In this document: one piece after another, positions 1-13,600 of the stretch
How positions within the stretch are numbered: position 1 is the stretch's first letter
Layout: the number at the start of each line of letters is the position of its first letter
Origin: Ancylonema sp.
Taxonomy: Eukaryota
NCBI GenBank assembly: GCA_050230475.1
Contig: JBFLGF010000033.1
Coordinates: 62,001 to 122,481, forward strand
Direction: 5' to 3'
Length of the DNA stretch: 60,481 nt
Translations under genes and position numbers: made by a program
Notes under the pieces: generated by a model
Databases searched by the model: none
Seen by the model: only the letters and a program-made list of their open reading frames with translations
Told to the model about the DNA's origin: nothing

Positions 1-149
1 AGAAAAGGATCAGGAGCAGTGAGGGAATGGTCACCGAATAAGTCAAGTGAGTGGTCATGATTGTTTTTCCTGTCGATCCCCTTCGACGTGGTTACCCCTG
101 AAATGTGTTTGAGTGACAATTCCCAACTGGAGCAGAGGCCTCACAGAGA

Positions 150-1698
150 CTGTGGGCTGCGAGTTCCATCCCATCTTTTTCTCTTGCGCACCAAAGGACA
201 GCCCCGGGGTGCCCTGCCAACCGACCAATCGAGTCACCAAGTATCCATCGTTACAAAAGAAATGGCACCAGTGAGGTCTCATTGATTCATATATTTAGAA
301 TGGTCAATGAAGAGATGATTGTTGGGATTCACCTTTTCCACGATGAAGCAGGTGATGCCACCTGGCCCTACCTCCCCTGTGCGGGCCATGACAAGATAAA
401 CGTCACTCACCCCCCCCCCACTGATGAACGCCTGCACCGCCCAGCCCCCCAGCACTTCCTCATCCTTCCTTTGAGCCACCTCCCATATCCCAGCGGTACC
501 TTGGAGCCCTGAAGGGAGAAGTCTGTTGTTCCTGCCACTGGGCGTGCACTTGTCTGCCAGACATGACACCTGGCGGTCAGCCACGTGTCAGCTCCCTGCG
601 CGTTCTGGAAGGTTCTGGTTGTACCAATAGAGAGGCTGCATCGGACCCAGACTCAGGCTCCGTGAGGCAGTAGGAGGAGAGGTGGTCCTGCAGAAGGCCA
701 GGTGTTGCTGAGTCAGCAGGCACCACATGGCCATGCATGAGGTGGATACCATGGTTACCAAGTGTACCATGGGTGTGAGATGGGGCAGCCAGTGGTGACG
801 CTGCTCTGGGGTGCCGAATCTGCACCGGCCACATGGCACCCTGAGATTGAGCGTCCTAGCAGGAAGGACAAGTGGACAGGTGGACGCTTGATGATGTCAC
901 CTGTCGATGATGGAGCAGCACATGTTGTGAATGGTGAGGTACGCGGATGTGCTGACGTCAGCATATGCGAGGGTCTCGAAGATGACTGCGGCGTCCGCCC
1001 GACCGAGCCTGCAAGCACGGGGAAAAGGGCATTACAAGCCGATGTGCGGAGCATTTTGGACCGCGAGAGATACACAGGCAGAAGTGAGGAGGACGGGTGG
1101 GTGGAGGGCACAAGGGATGGTGCCGGCTGGTATGGTACCCTGATCCCCCTACGTCTTCCTTGCAGTACAGGCCCCCAAAGCCAAGAGCTGCCGCCTTGCG
1201 CAATGTGTCGACGGGAAAGTGCTTAAGTTCGTCCCACCTCGCTGCATTGGGGAGGAGCTCCTCTAAGGCAAAATTCTGAGCAGGACCCCGCATGACAGTG
1301 CCACAAGTTACTTTGAATAGTTGATCAAGTCCGAATGCTCGCTACTTCTGAGATACCACAGTACTTGGAACGCAAAAAGCTAAACTTCGATGAATAATAT
1401 CCATACTTTTCATACCTTTATTACTGTCCAGCAGAGAAGGCTTAGTGACCCCTGAACATCCGGAAAAACTTTGTACCTGAGCTAGTGTGCGGAATTCCAA
1501 TTGTTGCTCCGTGAGTGTATGTGTGGACGTTTCCGATGGATATGCAGCAACACGTGCAACCTCGCCACTGGGAAGAGGAAGTGTGCTGTTTGCCACGCTC
1601 AATGCCCGTGAGTGACTCTGCCGGAATCTCATCTCTAGGCGCCGTGCACTAGCGGCGTGTGATAAGAGCCGCCCAAGCCTGACTGAACGAGTTGCCAT
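150..1698 (-). CDS. Acyl-CoA dehydrogenase, isobutyryl-CoA dehydrogenase (ACAD8)-like; spliced, 3' part runs off the window
   Basis: ATG at 1698 with an Arg/Ser-rich transit-like N-terminus. GT-AG exons join to give [32 protein letters not shown] / [30 protein letters not shown] / [11 protein letters not shown] / [16 protein letters not shown] / [18 protein letters not shown] / [28 protein letters not shown] / [21 protein letters not shown], which are hallmark ACAD motifs. Confidence 0.93.
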
Positions 1699-2192
1699 AC
1701 ACCTCGAATACCAAATTCGATGGAATTATTGAATATATTAGCACTTCGGAGGCCCAATGTAGCTACAAAATTAGCAGTATCGGTGCGAGGATTAATTCCG
1801 AATGACAACTCAAATGCGGAAGAATCAATTTATCAAATTGGCTAGAACAAGTCTCATTGTATATCAATTTCTGCAGTAGAAGCCAGCCCCTCCTGTAGCT
1901 GGTATCGAGGAAGATTTTCTCTCCGAGGGCGTCGGAGGCAAGATGAACTCGAACTCAGTGCTACGAAAAGTGGCGAAAAGTGGCGAGGGTGCGTTTATAT
2001 TCGCGTTTTTAGACCAATCGTATTTTCATGGAATTCTTCCCAGCAGTCATTCACACCCCGTATTATTAATTACGTGGACAATTTAAATACGTGTACAAAT
2101 TTTATATTCCATGTCATCGATTCCTCATTGATTGCTCGATATTTAGTCCACGTCAGCGTCAACGTTGCGCGTTTGGCGGAGAAGTGACAAAA

Positions 2193-2375
2193 CCACCGCG
2201 CGCTCCACGTTCTTCTTCGGAGTTACATATTGTTGCTACACTTTCTTTCATTGTTGCTAGTTTTGTTTAGTACGATCGGTTCACATATTTGTCGTTTTTA
2301 AGGATATGTAGTTTCTTTACAGTCACGTTCTTGTTTTGAGATGGGGTTCCCGACGTTTTTCAACAAACTACAATC
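2193..2375 (+). mobile_element. Short 3'-end remnant of the RLE non-LTR retrotransposon at 54320-55660
   Basis: CCACCGCGCGCTCCACGTTCTTCTTCGGAGTT...TTGTCGTTTTTAAGGATATGTAGTTTCTTTAC...GAGATGGGGTTC...TTTTTCAAC aligns by eye to 55492-55655. Confidence 0.85.
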
Positions 2376-2749
2376 ATCTTTTTGACAAAACGATCGTGAC
2401 CTCGGAATCGGGCGCTCGAATTGCGATCGGACTGCATTTACGCATCCAAGTTTTGCATCCACTTGGGACCAGAGACCCAAGTAAATATTTTTAATGTGGA
2501 TACGTCTACTTGGAACGATAAATGCCCAAATTTTTGAAAACGAAGATCAATGAATGTACACGTGATTACCACGTATACAAGATTTTGAAGTATGAAGTGG
2601 CCATGACCGAATGTGTACACATACTCGACGCCACCATGTCCCTGCCCAGCGATAAAAGTGTCAATAAGTGGCAAGGCTAACTTTCTGCTCACAGACTCAC
2701 TTCCTATTCACGAAATGAAGACGGACGAGCTAACTTCCTCTTTACGAAA

Positions 2750-3095
2750 CGAAGACAGAAGAAGAACGGGAAGTGAAAAGAAGTAAGGCCAGGCTCAAAA
2801 GTGCACATATGAATGTTGAAATAAGAGCCGCGAGAAATATTGGTAAAAGTAAATGAAATGCGCGTTTGACCGATGAAGAAGAGGAAGTGAAAAGAAGCAA
2901 GGCCAGGCTCGAAAGCGTACAAATTACTGTTGAAATAAGAGTTGCGAGAAATGTTGGTAAAAGGAAATGAAATGCGCGTTTGGCCGATGAAGAATGGGAA
3001 GTAAAAAGAAGCAAAGTCAGTCTCAAAAGCGCACAGATGACAAATGAAAAAAGAGCCGCGAGAAATTTCGGTAAAAGGAAAATAAATGCGCAAAG
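2750..3095 (+). repeat. Degenerate 114-bp tandem repeat (~3 units; 38-codon period)
   Basis: Anchor GCGAGAAAT at 2830, 2944 and 3058 (period 114). The units read as K/R/E-rich peptide repeats with in-frame stops. Confidence 0.85.
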
Positions 3096-3553
3096 GACCG
3101 TAGACGAAAAAGAAGCGAGAGACACATTTTTGGCGACATCACCAAAGGAAAGGAGGAACGAAGTATGGTGTGTTAAGTGTGTTGCACCAAAGCCAAAGAG
3201 TGAGATGACTGTCATTCAGGGGTACAAATTAGGTATGCTTTGTGGTCACACTGTGCTATGATCTGAAGTACAAGAAGCCTCAACTGGACCCAAGGGATAC
3301 CGAGTACATATCCAAAAATGAGATGACCCGCAAGATAGAGATGGCGGTGGAGGAGGGGATCGAAGAAGAAGCATTTCTCGATTCGATTGAGGTGATCGAA
3401 GTCGTCGAGTCACTGTACAAGGAGGCACCATTGGCAGCTCTAATAGGATCTAAAGGCACTGGATCCATGTACCTGGGCTTTGCCATGGAGCACCGTGAAC
3501 AGGTGGAGCCCTATACCTTTTTTAGCAGAGAAAATCTAGCGATTCCTCAATAG
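2750..3553 (+). pseudogene. Decayed intronless ORF: charged 38-aa repeats followed by a frameshifted RING-like Cys/His motif
   Basis: WCVKC...LCGHTV, then CYDLKY in the adjacent frame (C-x2-C...CGH-x2-C pattern). The ORF pieces 2980-3261 and 3242-3553 overlap. Confidence 0.4.
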
Positions 3554-4369
3554 AACGGGGATAAATTGAGTATGGACAACCTATTAGATTCTGGTTGGGA
3601 GGTTGCCACCATTTACAAGAGCAGTAAGTAGCAAATGTATGAACGCGGGCGCGATGGAGACAAATTTGCAAGGAGACATAAAGGATCGTGGAGCAAATTT
3701 CTATGAGGTGTTTTGCAACATATTTGTATTTCATTAAAGACAATTAGTTTAGTTGGCCAAAGTTGCCTTTTTAAGGTTACCAGAAAAATGGCGGGGTTTG
3801 CTGTGTTGAGTTTGTTTTGTTGTCTATGACATGAAGTGCTTATATCGGAAAAGTACAGATTTGTGACGCTTGTATTTTAGTTCGCGATGGCTCGTTTAGT
3901 TTGTATGGGTGAATTTGTGTCAATGACAGCGTGGCGACGGCGTAGCCTAACTTGGCGCGCGTGTGCGTATTTATGAAGATTGTGTATGATTGGGTTCAGA
4001 TTGATCGTTCGATGTATCTAGGGTCGTAAGTCGTTTAGGTGTGCTTTGGACTTGATTGCGTGTTCCAAGGTCAAAATTTTGGCTAGCGAGTCTAGATTTG
4101 CTTACCGAACCAATATAGGTACAATTCTTCTCTGGTGTTGAATTTTACTTGCTTTTATGAGAAAGAAGCTTTGTCAAAGTGCCGCGCAAATGGGTATGTG
4201 TTAATGTGTATGCGAATAAGTTAAGCACACGTTTATGCTGTGTTATGAGTTGAGTATTGAGTCGTGTTGAGTTAAGTTGACACCAGCATGGCTTCTCACA
4301 GTAATATCAGAGCCTCTGGCTCCGGTTCTTCAGGATAAGTGAAGAAAATAGTTATAAAGGATTCTGCTA

Positions 4370-4745
4370 GCTATGGTCCTTGGAAGGCCAAGATTACATC
4401 AATTCTTGACGCTGAGGATGTTTGGGAGATTGTCAACGGCATATAAGCTGAACCAAATGAACTTCCAGAAGTTGAGGACGAAGATGACGGAGATGATGCT
4501 GCCATTGATGTCAACAATGAAGCCGTTGAGAAAAGGCAGGTTGAAACAAAGGCCTTAAAAAAACGAGCAAAGAAAGCAACTTCATTGATCACGCAGACAA
4601 TTGATGATAGCATTGTAATGAGTCTAGATGTTCATTAGCATAATCCAGCGCTCATGTGGGCTCAACTTGCAAAGGATCCCAACACTGTGACACCTGCACA
4701 ACTCTCCACAGCTCAAAGAAACTTCCCGAACTTCGAGATCAGCGA
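4370..4745 (+). mobile_element. Ty1/Copia LTR-retrotransposon gag fragment (pseudogenised)
   Basis: One frame reads YGPWKAKITSILDAEDVWEIVNG*...KKRAKKATSLITQTIDDSIVMSLDVH*HNPALMWAQLAKD, the typical Copia gag N-terminal/UBN2 pattern, with two in-frame stops. Confidence 0.8.
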
Positions 4746-4984
4746 GCTCAACCGCCATATCGTTGGAAAAAATTCACCGCGAGATATTGTCTTATTTGCT
4801 GATTGGAGTGTGAATACTTGCAATAATATCATATTCATTCTGTCGTGCTATCCAGCATCGCCGAAGCACACACACGTGTCATGTACCGTTATAACGAATA
4901 AACACGCATGTGCTATCGCATTAGCGATTACACCGACATGTGTGACCCATATGTCTGATTAAATATGTCACTTCAGTATATTTT

Positions 4985-5159
4985 GTGACGTCATAATTCG
5001 TTACAGGCACAAAATTGCCCTTTTTGGCGTGCCTGTGACTTGGTTTGATAGTGCCTATAACGAAGACGATTTGGCGGGGGAAAGTTGGTTCATGCGATAT
5101 TGGTGCCTGTAACTTTATTGCGCCTATAATTAGTGCGCCTATAGCGAGTATTTACTGTA
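4985..5159. mobile_element. Right end of a Tc1/mariner(pogo)-type MITE
   Basis: Ends GCGCCTATAGCGAGTATTTACTG|TA with repeated subterminal GTGCCTRTAA motifs. The reverse complement matches the TA|CAGTATATACTCG end at 45514. Confidence 0.6.
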
Positions 5160-5787
5160 CATAACTTCTGGATGCGGGGCGCGGGGCGACGGGCGAGGGG
5201 CGGGGGTGTGGGGCGTGAACCTACTGTTCAATCGACCAACTTGCATATAAAATCGGCGTATGATTGGTCCTCCCTGCCCATATATATTTATGGTCTTTCC
5301 GTACGAGACAAATGGCCGCAACCAGAGTTCCAAACACGGGGACACGGTGGGTCAACCGTCCCGCGTGTATTCTTTCTGGGTCGTCATCATCACATTTTCG
5401 TTTGAACCGTGCACCGGCTCCACACTAGCCAGTGTTCTGAACCGGTTTCCAACAGCAAACTCGATTCCATGTCACCAATCTTTACGTCGCTTTGCACCCC
5501 AGTACACCATACACACACAAGGAGCGCCACGGCATCTGTTCGCATCTTTTCCTCGCTTATTCCTTCACAGTGACGGCACAAAGCATTGCTGAGTATTATC
5601 CTACGTATATCCTCCAACTCTGGTTGCGTGTCACCGTTGATGTGAACTGTCAATATATAATTGTCAGGTGATGATGCAAGCCTTGTACAATGTAGCCGCG
5701 CTTGTGGACAGCGTCTGACACTGCGGACGCCGAGTGACGTAGATTATTTCCATCAAAGTATTACATTTGTTAGGATTTCCCGTGGAG

Positions 5788-7449
5788 ATGGCGATGGTGC
5801 CCTTCGGAGTTGATGCTATGATCGAAGATTGTGCTCTGTGGGCCGCAGTGGATGAAGCTGACGCCGCCGGTTCGGCATATAAACGGCAGCGCCTGGATCA
5901 CCACGGGTCCATGCCGATGAGGGAACGTCAAATGCAGGGGATGAAGCAGCCCGCGGGGCAGCTAGTCATTACAGAGCTTCCCCCATCTCCACGAAACTGC
6001 AGCGGTCTGTCATCTAATCGCGATGGCACTCAAATGCCCTCGATGAATTTCAACAACATCAACGGGTTCAGCCATTCCAAGTCTTTATCAGGTTGGCATT
6101 TGCAGCAATCCGGGCACTCCATCATCTCTCGCGATTCTTCCCTGTCCAATTCACATTCAGTTCAAGGCACAAATCAGGGGCTCAGGAGGCCCCCCCCTTC
6201 GCAGTTTCAAGAAAGGGCACTGATGCCGCTGCAGGAAATCTCACAGAACACAAACTTTGAGCGAGCAAACAGGCAGCTTGTGTCTCCAAACGAACCGTAT
6301 CAGCACCGTCAACCAGGAGGTGCGGGGCCAATGCAAGTTCTTGAACAAATGGGAGCTGAATGTATGGGAAAGGACATGCTGGCAGCGGCAAGTGCCCCTA
6401 CATCGTGGGTGGCCGGCATGACAACAGCTGAGACCTTCAAGCACTTTCAGAGAAGTGCCTTGGAGGTCAGTGGGAATCCTCTCTGCCTTTCAACTGCAAA
6501 TGCGTCACTGCTGACCTGAATCATGACATACCCTCTCCTTTTATCAGTAAGAGTAGTCTGTCTTTCTTATTGTGCAGATATTGGAAAGAGACGATTGGAC
6601 CATGCTCCAAGGCAAGCCGTACATTAAGAAGAGCGGTATGCAGACACCCTCCTCCGGGGCCTCTTCATTGAGATATTCGCTGCGGTCATTTAATTTCCAG
6701 AATGACAGAATCATAGCTAGCCTTTGTGTTTGCTTCGAGCCGTTACTGTTAATCTGATGCTTGCCTCGCATGCTGAAGTTGTCTGGCTGTGTGCTCTTCA
6801 GGGTGGAGGAAGATTGCTTTCTACTTTGGCATCTCCTTCGAGATCAAGGATCGCAAAATGCAATTGGATCAAAACAGCGATGTTGTTCGATCAGAGTTTC
6901 TGGTGAAGGCTATTATGCAGTAAGTCAGAGCCTGCCAAACACCCAGAGGAACTCCCTTTCCACACTTTTGTGACTGATGCATACAAGTTATTATTATTAT
7001 GTGGAGGTTAACTATCCCGTCGAACACCTAAGCCAGCATCACAACCTGTGTGTGTCGGGAAATGGCTAACGATTTCTTTCCTGCTTCTCCTCTCTTTTCT
7101 AGGACTGGGCGGTTTGCAGAGGCATATGGGAGCTGTGATCGAAAGGAAAAGAAGTTCGGAAAACCCAACAACGACATTCCGGCAATTGCAGAGACAAGGG
7201 CTAAGAACCGGGCCTGCCAGGTTGGTCTCTTCCTTCTTTTTAATATTGCTATCTATATTGTAATCATAAATGTGTGTACAATGTCAATGATACGGTTTCC
7301 CCTGATACGGTCCCCTGCTACTTGTAGCTTTCATAAATCTTGCTACTTGATGATGCTTTTTTTGGTCAGATTTTGCCCTCAGGGATGTTCACACTTGCCT
7401 CCATCTCTCGCAGGACTTGCTTGGAATTGGCGAGTTTAAGCAAAGCTGA
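5788..7449 (+). CDS. Conserved plant-type uncharacterised protein with a Rad52/ERF-like C-terminal motif
   Basis: Exons ~5788-6465, 6578-6635, 6802-6919, 7103-7220 and 7414-7449 splice in frame: ILERDDWTMLQGKPYIKKSGWRKIAFYFGISFEIKD...SEFLVKAIMQTGRFAEAYGSCDRKEKKFGKPNNDIPAIAETRAKNRACQDLLGIGEFKQS*. Gene structure is solid; function is inferred. Confidence 0.85.
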
Positions 7450-8366
7450 GTGCATGCAAACTGGAACCCTTTTGACATGTCTAAGGTCCAGCTACACCTG
7501 GATTTTGTATAGAATTCCGTCTTTCGGTCCTTGCATGGTCCATTTTCATTGACAAAGCAACGAAGTGCAACTAAGGATCTTCGAGCTTGTCATAGAATGC
7601 AAGGTTATTGTGGTTCTGTAGTGTTGCTGGTGGAGGCGCAAAAAGAGGTGGATATTGTAAAATACTGATGGTGTGTGCATGACATTAGGATAGGAGCAAA
7701 GAGGAAACAAGAAAGCACACTAGGACTGCGGAAGATTAGAGGTGGCAAACATGTTACGCGGCTACAGTTGTTCCCAATAGCGAATATGAAGCCAACGATG
7801 AAAGCAAAAGTCGTGTCCAATGATGTGCTTTCTCAGGGCATATTTTGAAGCAACGAAGTGCATAACACTTGTGTTGAAGTCTTGACAGTAGCGCCAATCA
7901 CCAATTACTTGGCATGGGGTTTGCACAACGGCACATTCTTTGTGGGAATACGACAACAATATCGCGTAGAGCTATTCATTGGTTAAAGGAATATAACCAC
8001 ATGCTCTTTTCTACATGACGTTGAAGGAACAATACAATTTGTGCAGACTAAATAAAGTTGTGACCAACTCCTCCATACACACGTCTTGTTTGTATTCAAG
8101 TCTAGTTCACTTTTTCTTTGATCACCGATCAACACATCCTTCCTCCGCGGACTTAAAAGATTTTTTTTTCTTGCCAAAGCAATTCCAAAGCCGATTTTCA
8201 TTACGGACCGTCCACATGGGACCTTAGGGGTCGAGAGAAGACTTTGCTGCAAAGCTACATCGATGCATTAATATCCTTGTGTAGATAAGTGGAAGAGAGA
8301 GAAAGTTGGACCCGCAAATCTAGTTCACATTCGCCCTCGCTGCGACCGAAATACATGGCAATCTAC

Positions 8367-8392
8367 CACGTGTGCCACGTGTTGCCACATGC
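8367..8392. promoter_or_regulatory. Tandem G-box (CACGTG) sites upstream of GLB3
   Basis: CCACGTGTGCCACGTGTTGCCACATG lies ~320 bp upstream of the ATG. Confidence 0.35.
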
Positions 8393-8696
8393 AATCGTTG
8401 TAGAGCTGGTGGAGGGGCAAAAAGGATGTCATCGAGGCTGCGTGGCTGTCGGTGACTGAGTCCGTTCCTCACACCTGCTGCAGTCGCGCCACTCTATTTT
8501 TTTCACGAGCGCGGATCGAGGCTGCACTGACAGGAAGGTTACACTGTATGGAGCTTCAGGCGACTGCAGTTAGACTTTCCGACAAGACTACTACATCTGC
8601 GCTGTCAAGAAGATCGAAATCGCTATGGTTGGATTGATATATTCCTACAGTCTATGCTACTTGTGATCGAGGCGCAATTCGACAGCATCTCGAAGC

Positions 8697-10118
8697 ATGC
8701 AATCGCTACAGGTGCAGGCCTCGGAGAAGAGTGGTGTCAATCAGGAGGATGCTTTTGAAATCGATAAGACTAATTTGTACGAACGACTCGGCCACCAGTG
8801 CTTCATAAATTTGTCCACTAATTTCTACACCAGGTATATCCGAGACTTCTTCTGGTACAGCAAGCACATATCGGATCCTATGATGCTTGCGGGGTATTGG
8901 ATCCCATGATGCTACCTTATAACTTTATCGAGAACTGCGGAATGATGGAGTGTGAGCGGAGGAGCATGCACGGCAGATCATCCATGCTACACTTGATTAT
9001 GACAACTTCGTGCGAGAGCAGAAAGTCAGAACATTTATCTTTCCCCCTGTTGCCTCCCGTGTCTTTGCAAGAGTGTATGCAGACACAGAGCAATGGTTCC
9101 GCGATATTTTTGCCAGCTCCACGAAAGAGGAGGCAATTCAAAACCAGTACGAGTTCTTCATCCAGAGAATGGGCGGCCCAGCACTCTATTCACAGCGCAA
9201 AGGTGACTGACTAGCTCTGCCAGCTCAGCACAATCGATGACTGTGGCAATGTCGTCATAACAGTTGTTGAACAGTCTAATGTCGAAAATATTGATGAGGT
9301 GCATCTGCAGACATATCTGAAGAGCATTTTGAAAGGTCAAGCGATAAGGTGTCATGATGTACATGGAGACACATCGGTTTTATGCAATCGAATACATTCC
9401 ACCTCGGACAGGTTGCAGGTGTAGTAGATGGGGCTGTCGTTACTCAGCTTCAGCAATCAAAAAGTTTTAATTTTGGCTGGGTAGTCAAATTCAGTCATAT
9501 TCAGTCATTTCACACCATGACTGCAGCGCCAATGGCAATATGTCAAACCAGAACTTCCGGAAAGAAAACTTCTGGCTGGGAACAACTTTTGAAAGATTCA
9601 TCCCTCTCGCCATGGACATCTCAGTACGAAAAAAATGAAGCTGCTGCTGCTATGATGTGCTCTGTTCAATCGAGTTCAGAGTGGCTTGGTTGGCCTGCTG
9701 CTCAGACCAGCCGATCCCAGCTTGTCGGCGATTCAGTGCTCTCTTATCTTCTTTCCAGGCCACCCAGCTTTGATAGGTCGCCACGGTCCGTACGCTGTTT
9801 CCACTGCGGCCGCTCACCGATGGCTGCACCACATGGAGCTCGCGGTGAATGAAACTGAGGAGATCGATCCCGAATCCAGAAAGCGGATGTTGAACTTCTT
9901 CAGGTTGGTCGACTCTCGCCAGCTGTCATTAGTGTCACTCGATTCTGCCTCCCTGCCTACCAAGGTCTACTTCTTTCCCTAGTGCGCCACTGAAAGGGTT
10001 TCATCCCCCCCAATGTGCCTCGTGCAGATACACGGCATTCTTTTTGGTCGCCGGAAAGGAACTGGTGAACACGCAGCGCATCGTGGGCTATGCGGGGAAA
10101 CATACAGGAGGGGCATAG
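8697..10118 (+). CDS. GLB3: Truncated (2-on-2) haemoglobin, plant GLB3 class
   Basis: Exons 8697-8833, 9072-9202, 9759-9903 and 10028-10118 give MQSLQ...FINLSTNFYTRVYAD...[32 protein letters not shown]...RWLHHM...MLNFFRYTAFFLVAG. Confidence 0.96.
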
Positions 10119-10638
10119 GGTTCGGTAGAAATGTGGGTAACAGCAGAGACGGTGAAGGGGAGGAATTACTATATTTCGTCCCTTTCTTCATTGCCTGGTT
10201 CTTAGGCTAGTGGTGTGCCAAAACTTGAGTGTGTTGTTTGGTGATTTTTACACCAATTTCAACATCATCGATCGATATGCGTAGAGTTTGTTGCTTTAGT
10301 TGTTCACCGTGTAGATAGTTTTTCTCGACCATTGCTCAGCAGCACTCAAGTAGCCGTGTTTGTGAGAAATATCCGATGACAAGGCATTCAGACGTTATTA
10401 TGAAGATGTTGCGCGACACACAGATGTGAACCTACTTGCAAAAATAGATCTCGTATGGCAACAACCATACGAAATCTTTTTAATGTTCATGTAGGAGGTA
10501 TAGTTCAAGACTCAATCCACCATAATATTTTTCCCACCATCAGCCATTCTTGAACATATAATGCGTAGCCTTGTGGCAGACGCCTCGTTTTTCGTATGTA
10601 CATTCACCCATGGAACCAACCACCTTCTTTCTAATTTC

Positions 10639-13600
10639 TTAACTTAACGTTACCTCTTTTCCTCGCGTTGCAATTTTGATAAACACGTCTTCCAGAGTGG
10701 TGTTGCTAATCCCCCACGCCTGAATGTGTAGATCTTCTTGAGCTCTCTCCACCACCACAAAGACATCAGATATGTCCACCTGCACACCATTGCCAACCAA
10801 ACATATTAATTCTCTCTTCTCCCCAGTCTTCTTCAAAAAGGAAAACAAGTGAGGCGCAACTGCTTGATCTACTTCCTCTTCTCTCTCCATTCTTTCCCCA
10901 CCCCACCTCGTCGGTTGGCAGCTCGAACTTCTGGGTCCCTGCCAGGGAGTATACCCTCCGTGCGTTGCGGCTCACAGACTTAACCAATTGCAACACATTC
11001 TCCTCCTCCTCCACAGGAGTAGTCATTGTGAGCAGATAGTGGCCGCCATAGCGGGAAGTCAGCTCCTGAACCACCAAAATAATAAATGTTTACCGATGGA
11101 GGCTGCATCTTCGGATGTCAAGGTGGAGGTGCATTGAATGTATTGAATGTATTGAATGTATTGAATTTGTATCGTTTTGAGAGCCACATATAAGACCAGC
11201 CTGTAGACATTGCGATGCGGGCTCATTCTCAGATTCAGTTTCAAGGATAGAATTCTGGTCGAATGCACTCCATTCGCTGGATGGCTATGGCCATTTTTTT
11301 AGGAACAAGACCTGCGGCTGATTGAAATGACCATCTGTGGGGACTCAAACTTTTGAGAGCCAATCATAGGACCCACATGTAAGACTTCTAAGCGAAGGTG
11401 ACCTGGCAAATGTGAGGACGCACAGTCCAGATCAGGACATGATTGTAGGGCTCAGAGCTCAGAATTCAGTTCTGGCAGGTCAGGTTCGGAGCACGCGCCA
11501 GCAAGGCTGTGACATCAGCGCTGACCTCACCTTCGGATTGCCGATGCATTGAAAAATCCCGCTCTCAAAAATCCCCAAACGATCGCACAATGCCTCTGCC
11601 TCCTCCATTGAATGCGCTGAAATAATAACACGCAAAAAAAAAACAATTTGTACACCATAATTTGTGTAAAATAATTTGCAAAATTTACATTATACAAATG
11701 AACAAGTGATTCTATATTTATTATTATAAAAAAAAAAAAAAAAAAGAGTGGGCAGGGGAATGATTTAAGATGAAAATCAGAATCCTCCTACTGCCGATAA
11801 ACTCACCCACCCCCATTCCTTCCCTCTCTCCCTCTCTCCCCCTTACTGGTAAGGATGATGGCCCTGTCTCTCTTGGCTGCCTTCACCACCGCCCACAGGT
11901 TCATTCTAGAGGCGGGATCCAGTCCTGTGCTGGGCTCATCCATGTATACCACGAGGGGGTCGCCTATAAGGGAGATGGCCACGCTGAGGCGCCTCTTCAT
12001 CCCCCCGCTGTACCCGCTCACACGCTTGTTGCCCACACCCCCACTCAGAAGGTTCACAGAAGACAGGGACTCCTCCACGGCCTGTGCAGTGGAAAACACA
12101 AGGGTCAGGGTTTAAGAGGAATGTAGGGGTTACAGAGTCAAAGCCGGTAAAATAAAACCACTGCCCCATTCACCCAATGGAAGCCTTTGATATTGATGAC
12201 TTTCATATGTGAAACTGAAGGTTTTTTTTTTTTTTTTTTTTTTTGGTCGGTCATAATATGTCTCCGTATCCCTCACAAGTGATGTCGATAATTTTGTCGC
12301 AAAATTATTGAAAAAGTGGTCTTAATTCTCCCTTTTTTATCTCCTGTTGTCGTTTTCAACCTCCTGGTTATTGTTCCATCTTTGTTTCGGGGGTTTTGAA
12401 TGTATCGATATCTGCGATCTCATGTGACTTGATCTGATGTCTGAGTAGTGATAGCAGATAAGAGGGGAAGAACGTGATGCAGGAGCGACAATCAAGAGCA
12501 GAAAGTTTCGAGCCCTCATTTCAAATACGAATTCAAAAGCCAGAGTGGTGACCTGCAAGATGATCCTCAACTTTTAGACTTTAAGATCCTTATCAATATG
12601 CGCATACTAATTCCGGACAGCATTTGGAAATTCTGCACAAAAGTGTTGTTTCAAAATGATGCCGGAAGCCTCCTCCAATGACTCTCTCATGTCTTTCCGT
12701 TGGTTTGAATTTCAATTCCTCCCCCCTCCCCCCCCGTTAACTTTGGCATACTTTGTACAACTCCGGTCCCGATAAATTCTTCAATCGCCCGTAAAATAAA
12801 AGATGCTCTCTCCCTGTCAGCTGCTCCCAAAGAAGACTGGGGAGAAAAAAAAAAAAAAAAAAAAGTAAATGACAGAAACAGACAGATAGAAATAGAAAGA
12901 AGCTTAACTATTTTTGGCAGAATTTATTCTCTACGAGTCCAAGATGTTGAGATTCAAAGATTTTTAAACTTCCAAACAAGAGTCACCAGATCTTGCTCCA
13001 ACCATACACACCGCAACGCATCTTTCGACCATGAGACAGAATGAGACAGAGGGTTTTGGGTGAGCAGTCACTGACTCATGCTGTGGGCAGACTCCCAGCA
13101 CAGAGTAAATGGATTTCATATCCCTCCGTATATCCATTCCCTCGATAATACAACACCCTGACGAGGGTTCCAAAAACCCTATCATCTGCAAAACAAACAA
13201 CCCAAGAAGCCCTCAGCCTCCCCGCACCCCCACCCCCACCCCACCCCACCCCACCCCCCCCCTCCTCCCCAGTTTCCCCCTTCCCACCATGTTAATGGAA
13301 GTCGTTTTCCCCGCCCCATTGCTCCCCAGCAGCCCAAAACATTCCCCCCGCGGGATTGCCATCGACAGCCCGCGCACCGCCACTTTCTCAGGAGTGCCGC
13401 TGATGGGAGGATAAACTTTCCGCAACTGGTCGCACACGATGGCGTACCCCTCTGTGCCGCCCCCTAACCCCTCCACCACCAGCCTCTGCCCCCACCACCC
13501 AGCGGAGTCAGCCACATAGATTCTGGTGGGATGGGGGGGGGGGAGGGGGGGGGGAAGGGGGGCTCTCACCTCTCTTTCGACATCTTCAGCAGAATCATCC

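Noticed and set aside
3560..4370. Possible LTR and primer-binding site for the Copia fragment
   Set aside because: No second LTR, TG...CA boundaries or convincing tRNA-complementary PBS was found.
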